From assembly GCA_965197585.1 (NCBI GenBank), contig OZ240215.1, positions 2,048,001-2,112,000 on the forward strand: a stretch of 64,000 nucleotides of DNA, given 5' to 3'. The notes beneath the pieces were generated by a model that saw only the letters and a list, made by a program, of their open reading frames with translations, did no database searches and had not been told where the DNA came from. Positions 1 to 8,692 of this stretch are shown piece by piece. Origin of the DNA: Dehalococcoidia bacterium. Its GTDB lineage: Bacteria > Chloroflexota > Dehalococcoidia > Plut-88900. The position numbers were made by a program, and so were the translations under genes. How positions within the stretch are numbered: the stretch's first letter is position 1; each line of letters starts with the position of its first letter.

Positions 1-99
1 GGGGGCGGGGATGAGCTTGTTGGTGGCCGGGTCGATCCTGAAGCTGGCCATGGGCATCTGGGGATCGGGCACCTGCTTGACGCAAACTATGATATTCAT
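1..99 (-). CDS. etfB: Electron transfer flavoprotein beta subunit, N-terminal part (runs off the window)
   Basis: Manual translation MNIIVCVKQVPDPQMPMASFRIDPATNKLIPAP; typical EtfB/FixA start; GGAGG RBS upstream. Confidence 0.85.
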   Translation of the reverse strand, partial: MNIIVCVKQVPDPQMPMASFRIDPATNKLIPAP

Positions 100-173
100 T
101 GAGTTTTTCCTCCGCGCCCTGATAGGGGCAGGTCGAGGCTCGGAAAGGTCCGGCTAAAGTGGCTGGGGAAAGT

Positions 174-219
174 GTGTGATAACGCTCACAATTGTAGCCC
201 AGCCCGTTTTTTGTGTCAA
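174..219 (-). promoter_or_regulatory. Sigma70 promoter of etfB with overlapping TGTGA-N6-TCACA operator
   Basis: Minus strand TTGACA(219-214)-17nt-TACAAT(196-191), followed by TGTGAgcgttaTCACA (190-175). Confidence 0.65.
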
Positions 220-325
220 TAGAAATGGGAGGCCTAAGGCGGCCACTGCACACCCTCCGGGTCCCGGCTCCGGGCACGGTATGGCTATGGTATGGTCTTG
301 TGAAAGAAGAGCCTATGGTGCGCGG

Positions 326-694
326 TCAGCTCAGGTGTCCGTGCCAGACCAAGTTCGTGGGAATCAATCTCTGCCCTACGGGGTCCACTACTAGCAGAAG
401 CTCTTCCAGGGTGACGGCTCCTATCAACGGCGTCGCATCTTCGTTGCCGAAGATTACCGGAGTCACGGCGGAATAGCCGTTGGGCCTAACCCGCATCTCG
501 CCTATTTCCATTTCGGCGCGGGAGCCGTCGGCCAATTCGAATATGTCCTTGCGGGTGGGAGATATGCCAATCTCCCTGAGTAGGCTGCCGGGCAACATGG
601 TGAAGATGGCGCCAGTGTCCACCATAGCCTCGATTTCACTCGATCTATCACCATTCAGGTTGGAAATCTGCAACGGCCAATTGAACAGGCCCAT
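326..694 (-). CDS. Clan AA (retropepsin-like) aspartic protease
   Basis: AMVDTGA catalytic motif, PLIGAVTLE C-terminal motif, 122 aa, GGGAGG RBS. Confidence 0.8.
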   Translation of the reverse strand: MGLFNWPLQISNLNGDRSSEIEAMVDTGAIFTMLPGSLLREIGISPTRKDIFELADGSRAEMEIGEMRVRPNGYSAVTPVIFGNEDATPLIGAVTLEELLLVVDPVGQRLIPTNLVWHGHLS

Positions 695-889
695 ATTCGA
701 ACCTCCCTACGCCGCCAAGTTTAGCACATGCCCAGCCTTGAATTACCCGCAGAAAGGGACGACAGGCCGATATAAACAAGTCCCAGTCTTACTCTTCGGT
801 ACATCAATGTCCTATCCAGGCCCACAGACGGGGTTCGGCAAGGGTCTCACTCGGCGGGACGATGCCCCAGAGGTAGTCCCTGGTCTTAG

Positions 890-1048
890 CTAGTCGGCCT
901 CTTTGAGCTGGATGTTGTTGCCCTGCGCGGTAACCCTCACGTTGACGTTGGTGACGTTGTGAATGGTGAAGGGAATTCCCGGCATGAAGGGCAGGGGTTT
1001 CAGCGCAATCTGCGCGCTGGAATTGGGAGGGACTATTATCTGGGGCAT
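890..1048 (-). CDS. Hypothetical 52-aa protein
   Basis: ATG preceded by AGGAGGT; GC3-biased codons; TTGACG-18-CAGAAT promoter-like element upstream. Confidence 0.6.
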   Translation of the reverse strand: MPQIIVPPNSSAQIALKPLPFMPGIPFTIHNVTNVNVRVTAQGNNIQLKEAD

Positions 1049-1262
1049 CGAGACCTCCTGTCTCAACTTAGCTCCGTGCCGTTTGCCGGTGCGGAGTGGA
1101 ATTACGGCGGTCATTCTGCCTATCCGGTCGGTAGGCCGTCAAGTGCGCTCTGGAGGAATTTCCCCGCAAGTGCGGGTCGAGGCCCGTGCTATAATCCGGC
1201 CTCACAGTCCCAGATTCCCACCCCTCCACGTCCCACACGCATTCCATGAAAGTACAGATGCC

Positions 1263-2300
1263 ATGAAAGCCACGTACATCGAACAACAAGGTGCTCCTGA
1301 AGTTCTCACCTACGGTGACCTGACCGATCCCTCGCCATCGCCCGGCCAGGTAGTTATCCGGGTGCGGGCCACGGCCCTGAACCACCTGGACACTTTCGCA
1401 AGAGCCGGGAGGAACGGCGTCATCATCGACAAGTTTCCCCACGTGCTGGGCTGCGACCTTGCAGGAGAGGTGGCGGAGCTCGGGGCAGGGGTGGAGGGAT
1501 TGAGGGTCGGGGACCGAGTCATGGTCGACTACTCGTTGCCGTGCGGGAAGTGCAGCTACTGCGTTGCAGGCCAGGACCAACTCTGCGCGACCGGCGGGAG
1601 TATCGGCATATCGGTCAACGGCGGATATGCCCAATACGTGGCTGTACCTGCAGCGAATGCCCACGTTCTCCCGGACGGCATGAACTTCGAGGAGGCTGCG
1701 GCGATTCCGCTGGTCTACAAGACGGCTTGGCACTGCCTGATTACCCGGTGCGGGATGCAGGCTGGAGAAGACGTGCTGGTGATGGCGGCGGGAAGCGGAG
1801 TCGGGAGTGCGGCGATACGGGTGGCGAAGATGGTCGGGGCACGGGTGATAACCACAGCCAGCACGGAAGAAAAGCTGGCCAAGGCCCGAGCCCTGGGTGC
1901 CGACGAAACGATCAACTACGTCGAGAATCCCACCTACAGCGCCACGGTAAGGGAGATGACGGGCGGCAAGGGCGTCGACCTGGTCTTCGACAGCATCGGT
2001 GGCTCGGTGTGGGACGAGAACTTCAAGTCACTCAGACCGGGGGGCAGGCTGGTCAACTGCGGGGTGACGGGCGGGCATCGGGCGTCACTGCGGATAGGCC
2101 GCATGTTCACCGAGCAGGTGACACTGATGGGCGCATCAACAGGAAACCGCTCCGATTTCTTAAAAGTGGCCAACCTCGTCCGCGGAGGCAAAATCCGGGG
2201 CATCGTGAGCCGGACGTTCCCCCTGGAAAACGCAGCAGAGGCACACCGGGCGATGGAGGGTCGGGACGTGTTCGGGAAGCTAGTGCTGGTGGTGCCTTAG
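1263..2300 (+). CDS. Zinc-binding alcohol dehydrogenase / quinone oxidoreductase (MDR family)
   Basis: MKATYI start, PHVLGCDLAG, structural Zn CGKCSYC...C, AAGSGVG NAD(P) motif, GKLVL end. Confidence 0.88.
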   Translation: MKATYIEQQGAPEVLTYGDLTDPSPSPGQVVIRVRATALNHLDTFARAGRNGVIIDKFPHVLGCDLAGEVAELGAGVEGLRVGDRVMVDYSLPCGKCSYCVAGQDQLCATGGSIGISVNGGYAQYVAVPAANAHVLPDGMNFEEAAAIPLVYKTAWHCLITRCGMQAGEDVLVMAAGSGVGSAAIRVAKMVGARVITTASTEEKLAKARALGADETINYVENPTYSATVREMTGGKGVDLVFDSIGGSVWDENFKSLRPGGRLVNCGVTGGHRASLRIGRMFTEQVTLMGASTGNRSDFLKVANLVRGGKIRGIVSRTFPLENAAEAHRAMEGRDVFGKLVLVVP

Positions 2301-3295
2301 AGCCGCTCCCCAGACTCCAGCCGGTAGTCCCTCCACTCTTCCGTGGCGGACATGGGGCTGGCGTAGTCGGCGGACCAGACCTTTCTTTCCTGGACAGGCT
2401 TGCCCAGCACCCGAGCCATCTCCCTGATGTGCACGGCCACCGACCCACAGCACCCGCCTATGTAGTTGATGCCCATGTCCTTGGCGCGCTGGGCATAGTC
2501 GGCCATGACGAAGCGATCGACCTGGTAGGGCTCCATGCCGTCGGGGAAGCCGGGGAGGCCGCCGCAGAAGGGTACTTCGTCGGTGGTGGCGTAGGCCGTG
2601 GCCTGGATTGCGATGTAGCCGTCTACTGCATCCCGCATCTCCTTGACGAGAGGGAGCATCTGGTTGGGCCCGCGTCCGCAGTTTATTCCGACAATGTCGC
2701 AGCCGTTCTGGCTGAGGGCTATGGCGCACTCGGCGGGGTCTTTGCCTTCGCGGCTGTACTTGTCCTTGAAATAGGCCATGGTCATCATCACCGGCAGGCC
2801 CGTGGCCTTGGCCACGTCGAGGGCGATGAGCGCTTCCTCAAGATCAAAGAAAAGCTCGCCGATGATGAAGTCGACGCCCTCGTCCACCTGGACGCGCAGC
2901 TGTTCTTCAAACTGGCGTCGGGCGATTTCCCGGGAGTCGGCGTCGCCCTGCTTGTAGGACCACGTTGTGCTGAGGTTACCCGCTACCAGGACGTCGTCTC
3001 CGGCAACTTCATTGGCGATCTTCACGGCCTGCCTGTTGAGATCCAGCACCTTCTCGCCGTAGCCGACGTTGGCAAGCTTCTCGCGGCTGGCATAGAAAGC
3101 GAAGGCCTGTATGACCTCGGCGCCGGCGCGGATGAACTCCCTATGCAACTCCTTCACGGCATCGGGGTGCTCCAGGACGACCTCCGGGGTGAAGGGACCG
3201 GCAATGACATAACCCCGCTTTTCCATCTCCAGGATGTATCCGCCATCGCCGAGGACCACGCCTTCGGCAAGCCGGTCAAGTATTCCCTTCTTCAT
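2297..3295 (-). CDS. Homocysteine S-methyltransferase family, betaine-homocysteine methyltransferase-like
   Basis: KKGILDRL..LGDGGY..EKRGYV.AGPFTPE N-terminus; GINC and GGCCG Zn ligands. Confidence 0.85.
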   Translation of the reverse strand: MKKGILDRLAEGVVLGDGGYILEMEKRGYVIAGPFTPEVVLEHPDAVKELHREFIRAGAEVIQAFAFYASREKLANVGYGEKVLDLNRQAVKIANEVAGDDVLVAGNLSTTWSYKQGDADSREIARRQFEEQLRVQVDEGVDFIIGELFFDLEEALIALDVAKATGLPVMMTMAYFKDKYSREGKDPAECAIALSQNGCDIVGINCGRGPNQMLPLVKEMRDAVDGYIAIQATAYATTDEVPFCGGLPGFPDGMEPYQVDRFVMADYAQRAKDMGINYIGGCCGSVAVHIREMARVLGKPVQERKVWSADYASPMSATEEWRDYRLESGERL

Positions 3296-3314
3296 GGCGA
3301 TCTCCTTATTCTTA

Positions 3315-3773
3315 TTACGTGCCGAGGTTACGATCGTATTCCCATGGCTGGTGGTCGTCGTCCTCGTGGGCGAAGTCCCAGCGCATGATGCGGGTAGGCT
3401 TGAACTTCATAACTAGCCGGTTGTCGCGGGAGTTGGAATAGTTAGCGTACTTATCTCCCTCGACCTCGCCGTCGTACCTGAGTGCGAGACGGCGGAAGAG
3501 CTCGGGGCCACCCTCTGGAGTGACTTCCGCAATGCCTTCCAGGACGACTTCCTTATAGGGTTGCTCGTTGGCAGTAACGGCGAGGGAGACCCGGGGGTCC
3601 CGCAGCACGTTCTTGTACTTGACTCGGGTGTCGGTGACGGTGAGAAGGACCTCCCCGTCCGACCATTCGTACCAGACGACGGTCAAGTGTGGGGAGCCGT
3701 CCTTGCGAAGGGTGGCAAGGATGCCGAGGTGCGGCTTCTTTAGGAACTCTTCTAAACGTTCGCTCAGTTGCAT
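3315..3773 (-). CDS. PPOX-class F420-dependent oxidoreductase
   Basis: LATLRKDGSPHLTVVW, KYKNVLRDPRVSL motifs; TTGACG-17-TACACT promoter upstream. Confidence 0.85.
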   Translation of the reverse strand: MQLSERLEEFLKKPHLGILATLRKDGSPHLTVVWYEWSDGEVLLTVTDTRVKYKNVLRDPRVSLAVTANEQPYKEVVLEGIAEVTPEGGPELFRRLALRYDGEVEGDKYANYSNSRDNRLVMKFKPTRIMRWDFAHEDDDHQPWEYDRNLGT

Positions 3774-3875
3774 TAGTCCACCTCTTTCATACATAGAGTT
3801 AAGTAGTGAAAAGTGTAGGGGGCGGGGGGAGGGGCGTCAACGGGAGCCCGACATCCTTCGCAGCAAAGGGATGCC

Positions 3876-4319
3876 TTACGTCCCTTCAGGACGCAGTGGA
3901 TGGCGCCATCGAAGTCCCGGAAAGCGACTGAAATCAGAATCGGTCGACACTAGGGTGCAACCATGCTCGATTGCAATCGCTGCGTGCTGGGCATCACCCA
4001 CTAGGTTCCCAGTCGCTCCCGACTCGCGGCACAGTCTTTCGAATATCTCCATGTAATCGGGACCGGGACCAACTACACGTGCCGCAGGACGTTCCATAAG
4101 CGAAGATACAAATTCCAAAGATTCGTCCAGAGTCGACGGTGATTCGAAGATACGGGAATTGGTTGCTATGCGAACAAATCCAGATAGAACGAGAACTGAA
4201 AGAGCGAATGGTTCCGGCCCCGTCGCCAAACGAGTGATCCAGTCCGCATAATCCGAATGTTCAGCCGTGGAGCCCTCCATATGGGCATATATCAGCACAT
4301 TAACGTCGGGTAACAGCAC
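3876..4319 (-). CDS. vapC: VapC PIN-domain toxin
   Basis: LPDVNVLIYA, GNLVGDAQHAAIAIEHG, STDSDFSRFPGLRW. Confidence 0.9.
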   Translation of the reverse strand: MLLPDVNVLIYAHMEGSTAEHSDYADWITRLATGPEPFALSVLVLSGFVRIATNSRIFESPSTLDESLEFVSSLMERPAARVVGPGPDYMEIFERLCRESGATGNLVGDAQHAAIAIEHGCTLVSTDSDFSRFPGLRWRHPLRPEGT

Positions 4320-4325
4320 TTTGGA

Positions 4326-4583
4326 TCACCGATTCACGTTTCCAAAGCGAGCTACATCGTCGTCCATGTCTAGGGTGCGCGGTCGGTCGAGGTCGATACC
4401 GGGCCGAGGTTGTCCTCCCCGCACGGTCACAAGATGGAATGGCGGCGACTCTGTAGGCTCGCCACGCTTGAGTGCATCGTCCAGGGTCTTAGCGACAAAT
4501 GCGCTGATGCTGATTCCCCGAGCTTCCGCTGCGCGACGTACCTGTTTCGCAAGTTGATCATCAAGCGATATTGTTGTCCTCAT
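4326..4583 (-). CDS. vapB: VapB-type RHH antitoxin
   Basis: MRTTISLDDQL...A..RGISIS; directly upstream of vapC. Confidence 0.85.
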   Translation of the reverse strand: MRTTISLDDQLAKQVRRAAEARGISISAFVAKTLDDALKRGEPTESPPFHLVTVRGGQPRPGIDLDRPRTLDMDDDVARFGNVNR

Positions 4584-4620
4584 GATGCAGTAGCATAACA
4601 CTGCTTCATCACTGCATCAA
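4583..4620 (-). promoter_or_regulatory. vapBC promoter with inverted-repeat operator, near-leaderless
   Basis: TTGATG-17nt-TATGCT-8nt-ATG on minus strand; TGATGCAGT...ACTGCATCA inverted repeat. Confidence 0.6.
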
Positions 4621-4726
4621 ATTGCCAAGCCTTCCCCTGTCGACATGACTCTGATGACGTCCTGCTACAGCCGCGGCGCTGTGATACCATTCCCCCAACT
4701 CGCCAGCCCCACCCCGAGGAGCGCAC

Positions 4727-6397
4727 ATGAGCCGGATGACAGGCATAGACGCCTTGATGCAAGTTCTCGAGTCTTATGACGTCGAATACGTGTTCGGCAA
4801 CCCCGGCTCCACGGAGGTCGTCTTTATGGACGCCCTCTATCAGCACCCGCGCATCAAGTACATGCTGGCCCTCCACGAGACTGTAGCGATGGGGATGGCA
4901 GGCGGTTATTCCTGGGCGTCGGGAAAGACGGGGTTTGTCAATGTGCATACCGCACCGGGCGTGGCCAACGCGATAAGCGCCCTGTACAACGCCAACGTCG
5001 CCGACTTCAACATAGTTGTGACCGCAGGCCAACAGGACACCCGACTCATCCAGCGGGAGCCAGGCCTCACGGGTGACCTGGTCGGCATGACCAAGCCCTT
5101 CACCAAGTGGAGCGCGGAGGTGCAGCACCCTCAGGACATACCGCTAATGATGCATCGGGCCTTCAAGATGTCGGGGCAAACACCTCAGGGCCCGACCTTC
5201 CTGTCGCTTCCCCAGGACGTGTTAAGTCGGGAAGCCGACGTAGAGGTCGGGCGACCATCGTGGATACCGTCAGGCCTGAGGCCCGACCCCGAGGCCATTG
5301 ACAGGGCGGCGACACTGCTTGCCGGGGCCAAGAGCCCCGTGCTGTTCCTCGGGTTCCGGGTCTCGCGGTGCGGGGCGCTGGGGGAGGCGGTAGAGTTAGC
5401 CGAACTGATCGGGGCGCGGGTGACCGAGAACCGCATCAGGGCCGAGACCGCGTTTCCCTCCGACCACCCCCTCTTCGAGGGCGGCATGTGGACCGACGTG
5501 CCCAATGCCCCGGAAGTGATGAAGGACGCCGACGTAGTCATGTCAATCGGTGCGAACTTCATCTCACAGCTCTTCTACACTTCCGACCAGATCGTGAACC
5601 CTGCCTCAAAAGTCATTCATCTGGACACCGACCCCTGGGAGATAGGAAAGAACCAGCCCACGGATATCGGGATACTTGCAGACATCAAGGCCGCGCTAAG
5701 GGAACTCTTGGCTGCGGTATCGGAGAAGATGTCGAGCGACAACATTGCCGGGGCCCGGGAACGCGTCTCCCTCATCTCCGACGCCAACCGCAGAAGGAGA
5801 GAGGTTATCTGGGAGCGGGCCCAAAGTGGTGGGAACGCCGAACCGATGCGCGATTCGCGCCTCATGCTGGGACTGAAGGAAGCCATCCCTCCCGACACGG
5901 TTATCGTGGATGGGGGGATCACGTCGTCGATGGCCCTGAGAGACCTGCTGGACTTCGGGGGTGCGGAATCGTATTTGGCGGTTCGCGACAACGATGGAAG
6001 TCTCGGAGACGCTCTGCCGATGGCGATGGGCGTCAAGCTCGCCTTGCCTGACAGGCCCGTGGTGGGAGTGGTCGGGGACGGAAACGCCATGTACTCAATA
6101 CAGGGGCTATGGACGGCAGCCCATCACCAGATACCGGTAGTCTGGGTGATTTGCAACAACGCAACATACCGAATATTGAAACTAAACAGTATGCGAGTCC
6201 TGGGCCCCGAGGCCCGAGAGAAGCTCCACTCCGTCGACCTGGGCGGACCGCCATTGAACTTCGCCAAGATCGCCGAGAGCCTGGGAGTAGATGGCGTACA
6301 AGTCACCCGAGGCGACGAAGTGCGCCCGGCAATTGAGAGGGCGTTGGCCCTCGGGAAGCCGGCGCTGGTGGACGCGGTTATCGACGGCTCTTTCTAA
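4727..6397 (+). CDS. Thiamine pyrophosphate-dependent enzyme, benzoylformate decarboxylase-like
   Basis: VFGNPGSTE, LHE, GDG...NN TPP-binding motif. Confidence 0.88.
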   Translation: MSRMTGIDALMQVLESYDVEYVFGNPGSTEVVFMDALYQHPRIKYMLALHETVAMGMAGGYSWASGKTGFVNVHTAPGVANAISALYNANVADFNIVVTAGQQDTRLIQREPGLTGDLVGMTKPFTKWSAEVQHPQDIPLMMHRAFKMSGQTPQGPTFLSLPQDVLSREADVEVGRPSWIPSGLRPDPEAIDRAATLLAGAKSPVLFLGFRVSRCGALGEAVELAELIGARVTENRIRAETAFPSDHPLFEGGMWTDVPNAPEVMKDADVVMSIGANFISQLFYTSDQIVNPASKVIHLDTDPWEIGKNQPTDIGILADIKAALRELLAAVSEKMSSDNIAGARERVSLISDANRRRREVIWERAQSGGNAEPMRDSRLMLGLKEAIPPDTVIVDGGITSSMALRDLLDFGGAESYLAVRDNDGSLGDALPMAMGVKLALPDRPVVGVVGDGNAMYSIQGLWTAAHHQIPVVWVICNNATYRILKLNSMRVLGPEAREKLHSVDLGGPPLNFAKIAESLGVDGVQVTRGDEVRPAIERALALGKPALVDAVIDGSF

Positions 6398-6429
6398 TAA
6401 GTTAATCAATTGAGTTGGAGGCAAACTAG

Positions 6430-7665
6430 ATGCCCAATCTAGACCGATTCAGGAAAGACATGCAGGCACTGGCCCAGATAGGCCGGGTGGCGGAGGGCGG
6501 GGTGTCCCGCTTCTCGCTCTCGCCCGCAGACATCGAAGGCAGGAAGCTGACGATGGGGATAATGAAGAGCATCGGACTGACGGTGCGTGTGGATGCGATT
6601 GGTAACATCCGGGCGCGACGCGAGGGTCGGGACCCGTCGGCGCCCATAGTCATGATGGGCTCGCATATCGATAGCGTGCCCAACGGCGGCGACTACGACG
6701 GCCCGACCGGCGTCATGGGTCCACTGGAGATCGTCCGTACACTCAACGACGAGGGGGTAGATACCCTGCACCCCATCGAGGTGGTGGTCTTCACGGACGA
6801 GGAGGGCGCCCGGTTCCGCAAAGGGACCCTCGGCAGCGCAGTGATGTCGGGACGGATCCCGTGGGACGAGGTAAAGGACATCAAGGACGACGCAGGCATC
6901 ACCCTTACAGAAGCCTTGGAAGGCATCGAGACATCGGGAACACCGGAGGAGATAGTCCTCCTAGAAGGAGAAGTGAAGTCCTTTGTTGAGTTGCACGTAG
7001 AGCAGAGCGGTCGGCTGGAAGAGCAGTCAAAGGCCATCGGCGTGGTGCAGGCGATCACTGGGTCGAGCCACAAGCGGGTCAGGGTGTTTGGAGTCGCCGA
7101 TCACGCAGGCGCCACCCCAATGGACAGGAGGACCGACGCGTTGGTACCCGTGGCCCGCATGGTGCAGGAAATGGAGCGGATCGGGCGGGCGGACCCTGAG
7201 GGGTCGCTGGTATGCACCGTCGGGATCTTGCAGGTGAAGCCGGGGGCCATGAACATCGTACCCAACGAGGTGACTTTCACTACCGACGTTAGGGACACTT
7301 CCCCTGCGACTCTCGATGAGGCAATCAAGGACATCGACGACATGATCGCTGCGGTGGCCCTGGAGCGGGGCGTGGACTTCGAGATCGAGAACCTGGAATA
7401 TATACCGGCGGTAGAGATGTCGGAGGACGTTAAATCGGTCATCGCCTCGGCGTGCGACAAGCTGGGGCTGGACCGGATGGATGCCTACAGCCGGGCCGTG
7501 CACGATACGTCCCACATGGCGCAAGTGACGAATGGGGGTATGATCTTCGTGCCGAGCGTCGGGGGGAAAAGCCACTCGCCGGACGAGTTGACCTATTGGG
7601 AAGACATCCAGCCGGGGCTGGACGTGCTATATGAGGTTACGCTTGCGTTGGCGAAGGCGGACTAG
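6430..7665 (+). CDS. M20 Zn-dependent amidohydrolase (N-carbamoyl-amino acid/allantoate amidohydrolase family)
   Basis: SHIDSVPNGGDYDG, DEEG, ELHVEQ, HAG, SHSPDE. Confidence 0.9.
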   Translation: MPNLDRFRKDMQALAQIGRVAEGGVSRFSLSPADIEGRKLTMGIMKSIGLTVRVDAIGNIRARREGRDPSAPIVMMGSHIDSVPNGGDYDGPTGVMGPLEIVRTLNDEGVDTLHPIEVVVFTDEEGARFRKGTLGSAVMSGRIPWDEVKDIKDDAGITLTEALEGIETSGTPEEIVLLEGEVKSFVELHVEQSGRLEEQSKAIGVVQAITGSSHKRVRVFGVADHAGATPMDRRTDALVPVARMVQEMERIGRADPEGSLVCTVGILQVKPGAMNIVPNEVTFTTDVRDTSPATLDEAIKDIDDMIAAVALERGVDFEIENLEYIPAVEMSEDVKSVIASACDKLGLDRMDAYSRAVHDTSHMAQVTNGGMIFVPSVGGKSHSPDELTYWEDIQPGLDVLYEVTLALAKAD

Positions 7666-7773
7666 TCCCTGCCGCTACCCTAAAGCGACCCCGCCGGTCG
7701 CCCCTGCACAGGACGATACCAGGTTGGCGGCTGGAACAACCTGGTATAACCGAGGTTAGATATCCGCTGGAAA

Positions 7774-7803
7774 TTGACGGGATTTTGACTGGGGTGATAA
7801 AAT
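7774..7803 (+). promoter_or_regulatory. Sigma70 promoter of tRNA cluster
   Basis: TTGACG-18nt-TAAAAT about 20 nt upstream of tRNA-Trp. Confidence 0.5.
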
Positions 7804-7824
7804 TTGATGCTGCAAGGCTCCTGT

Positions 7825-7900
7825 AGGAGTGTAGCTCAGTTGGAAGAGCAGCGGTCTCCAAAACCGCAGGTCGGGGGTTCGAGCCCTCCCACTCCTGCCA
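7825..7900 (+). tRNA. tRNA-Trp(CCA)
   Basis: Cloverleaf, anticodon loop CT-CCA-AA, GGTTCGAG T-loop, CCA end. Confidence 0.95.
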
Positions 7901-7985
7901 ATCAAAGAGGCTGTGTTGAAGGTGATATTATTGTCATAGTCTCGGCAGTAAGTTGAAGGGGCGAGTGGGGGAAGATATTATGCTT

Positions 7986-8072
7986 GCCGAGGTGGTGGAA
8001 TCGGTAGACACGCTGTCTTGAGGGGGCAGTGAGCGAAAGCTCGTAGGAGTTCAAATCTCCTCCTCGGCACCA
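7986..8072 (+). tRNA. tRNA-Leu(GAG)
   Basis: GCCGAGG acceptor, TT-GAG-GG loop, long variable arm, CCA end. Confidence 0.95.
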
Positions 8073-8091
8073 TATTAAAGACATACGACAA

Positions 8092-8166
8092 GCGGAAGTG
8101 GCTCAGTGGTAGAGCATCACCTTGCCAAGGTGAGGGTCGCGGGTTCGAATCCCGTCTTCCGCTCCA
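8092..8166 (+). tRNA. tRNA-Gly(GCC)
   Basis: GCGGAAG acceptor, TT-GCC-AA loop, CCA end. Confidence 0.95.
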
Positions 8167-8167
8167 G

Positions 8168-8242
8168 GGCGACGTAGCCAAGTGGTCAAGGCGGGGGTCT
8201 GCAAAACCTCTATCGGCGGTTCGAATCCGCCCGTCGCCTCCA
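8168..8242 (+). tRNA. tRNA-Cys(GCA)
   Basis: GGCGACG acceptor, CT-GCA-AA loop, T-CCA end. Confidence 0.95.
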
Positions 8243-8256
8243 AAATGACAAACATG

Positions 8257-8290
8257 CGCAGGCCCGGGACCCCCGGCCTGCGCCTCTTTT
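8257..8290 (+). terminator. Hairpin plus T-tract between tRNA-Cys and tRNA-Leu
   Basis: GCGCAGGCC...GGCCTGCGC followed by CTCTTTT. Confidence 0.5.
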
Positions 8291-8307
8291 AATCAGACCG
8301 TTCTCGG

Positions 8308-8394
8308 GCCGAGGTGGCGGAATTGGCAGACGCGACGGACTTAAAATCCGTTGGGAGTACTCCCATAAGGGTTCGAGTCCCTTCCTCGGCACCA
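8308..8394 (+). tRNA. tRNA-Leu(TAA)
   Basis: GCCGAGG acceptor, CT-TAA-AA loop, variable arm GGGAGTACTCCC, CCA end. Confidence 0.95.
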
Positions 8395-8416
8395 GGCTTG
8401 GTATACTGGGCACAAT

Positions 8417-8692
8417 GTGTATGAATCAAAGCTAGGATACGAATGGGACGAAACTAAACGGAGAACTAATCTGGCCAAGCATCAAATGAACTTTGAAATG
8501 ATGGCCGACTTTGAATGGGGAAATGCCCTGATAGAGCGGAGCGACCGGCATGGAGAGATCCGATGGTCGGCCATCGGATACATCGGAGTCCGCATTTGCC
8601 ATGTTGCTTTTACTATGCGAGACGAAAACATTCGTATCATTAGCCTGAGGGCCGCAAAATCCAGTGAGGTGAGAAGATATGCCAAAGCTTAA
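8417..8692 (+). CDS. brnT: BrnT family toxin
   Basis: EWDETKRRTNLAKH, E.RW.AIG, FTMR..IRIISLRAA...E..RY. Confidence 0.88.
   Translation: MYESKLGYEWDETKRRTNLAKHQMNFEMMADFEWGNALIERSDRHGEIRWSAIGYIGVRICHVAFTMRDENIRIISLRAAKSSEVRRYAKA

Noticed and set aside
172-193. Resemblance of AATTGTGAGCG to the lac operator (vector contamination)
   Set aside because: Only a half-site match in a native promoter context; no other vector sequence
963-1262. Long N-terminal extension of the MDR dehydrogenase in the ORF track
   Set aside because: The family-typical start is MKATYI at 1263; the extension overlaps the divergent small gene and promoters
1541-3388. 615-aa plus-strand ORF and similar long alternative ORFs (40538-41704, 43236-44321, 51142-52293, 53155-54243)
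   Set aside because: Shadow frames of well-supported genes in GC-rich DNA, with no recognisable motifs
7637-8413. Short minus-strand ORFs over the tRNA cluster
   Set aside because: Antisense to tRNA genes
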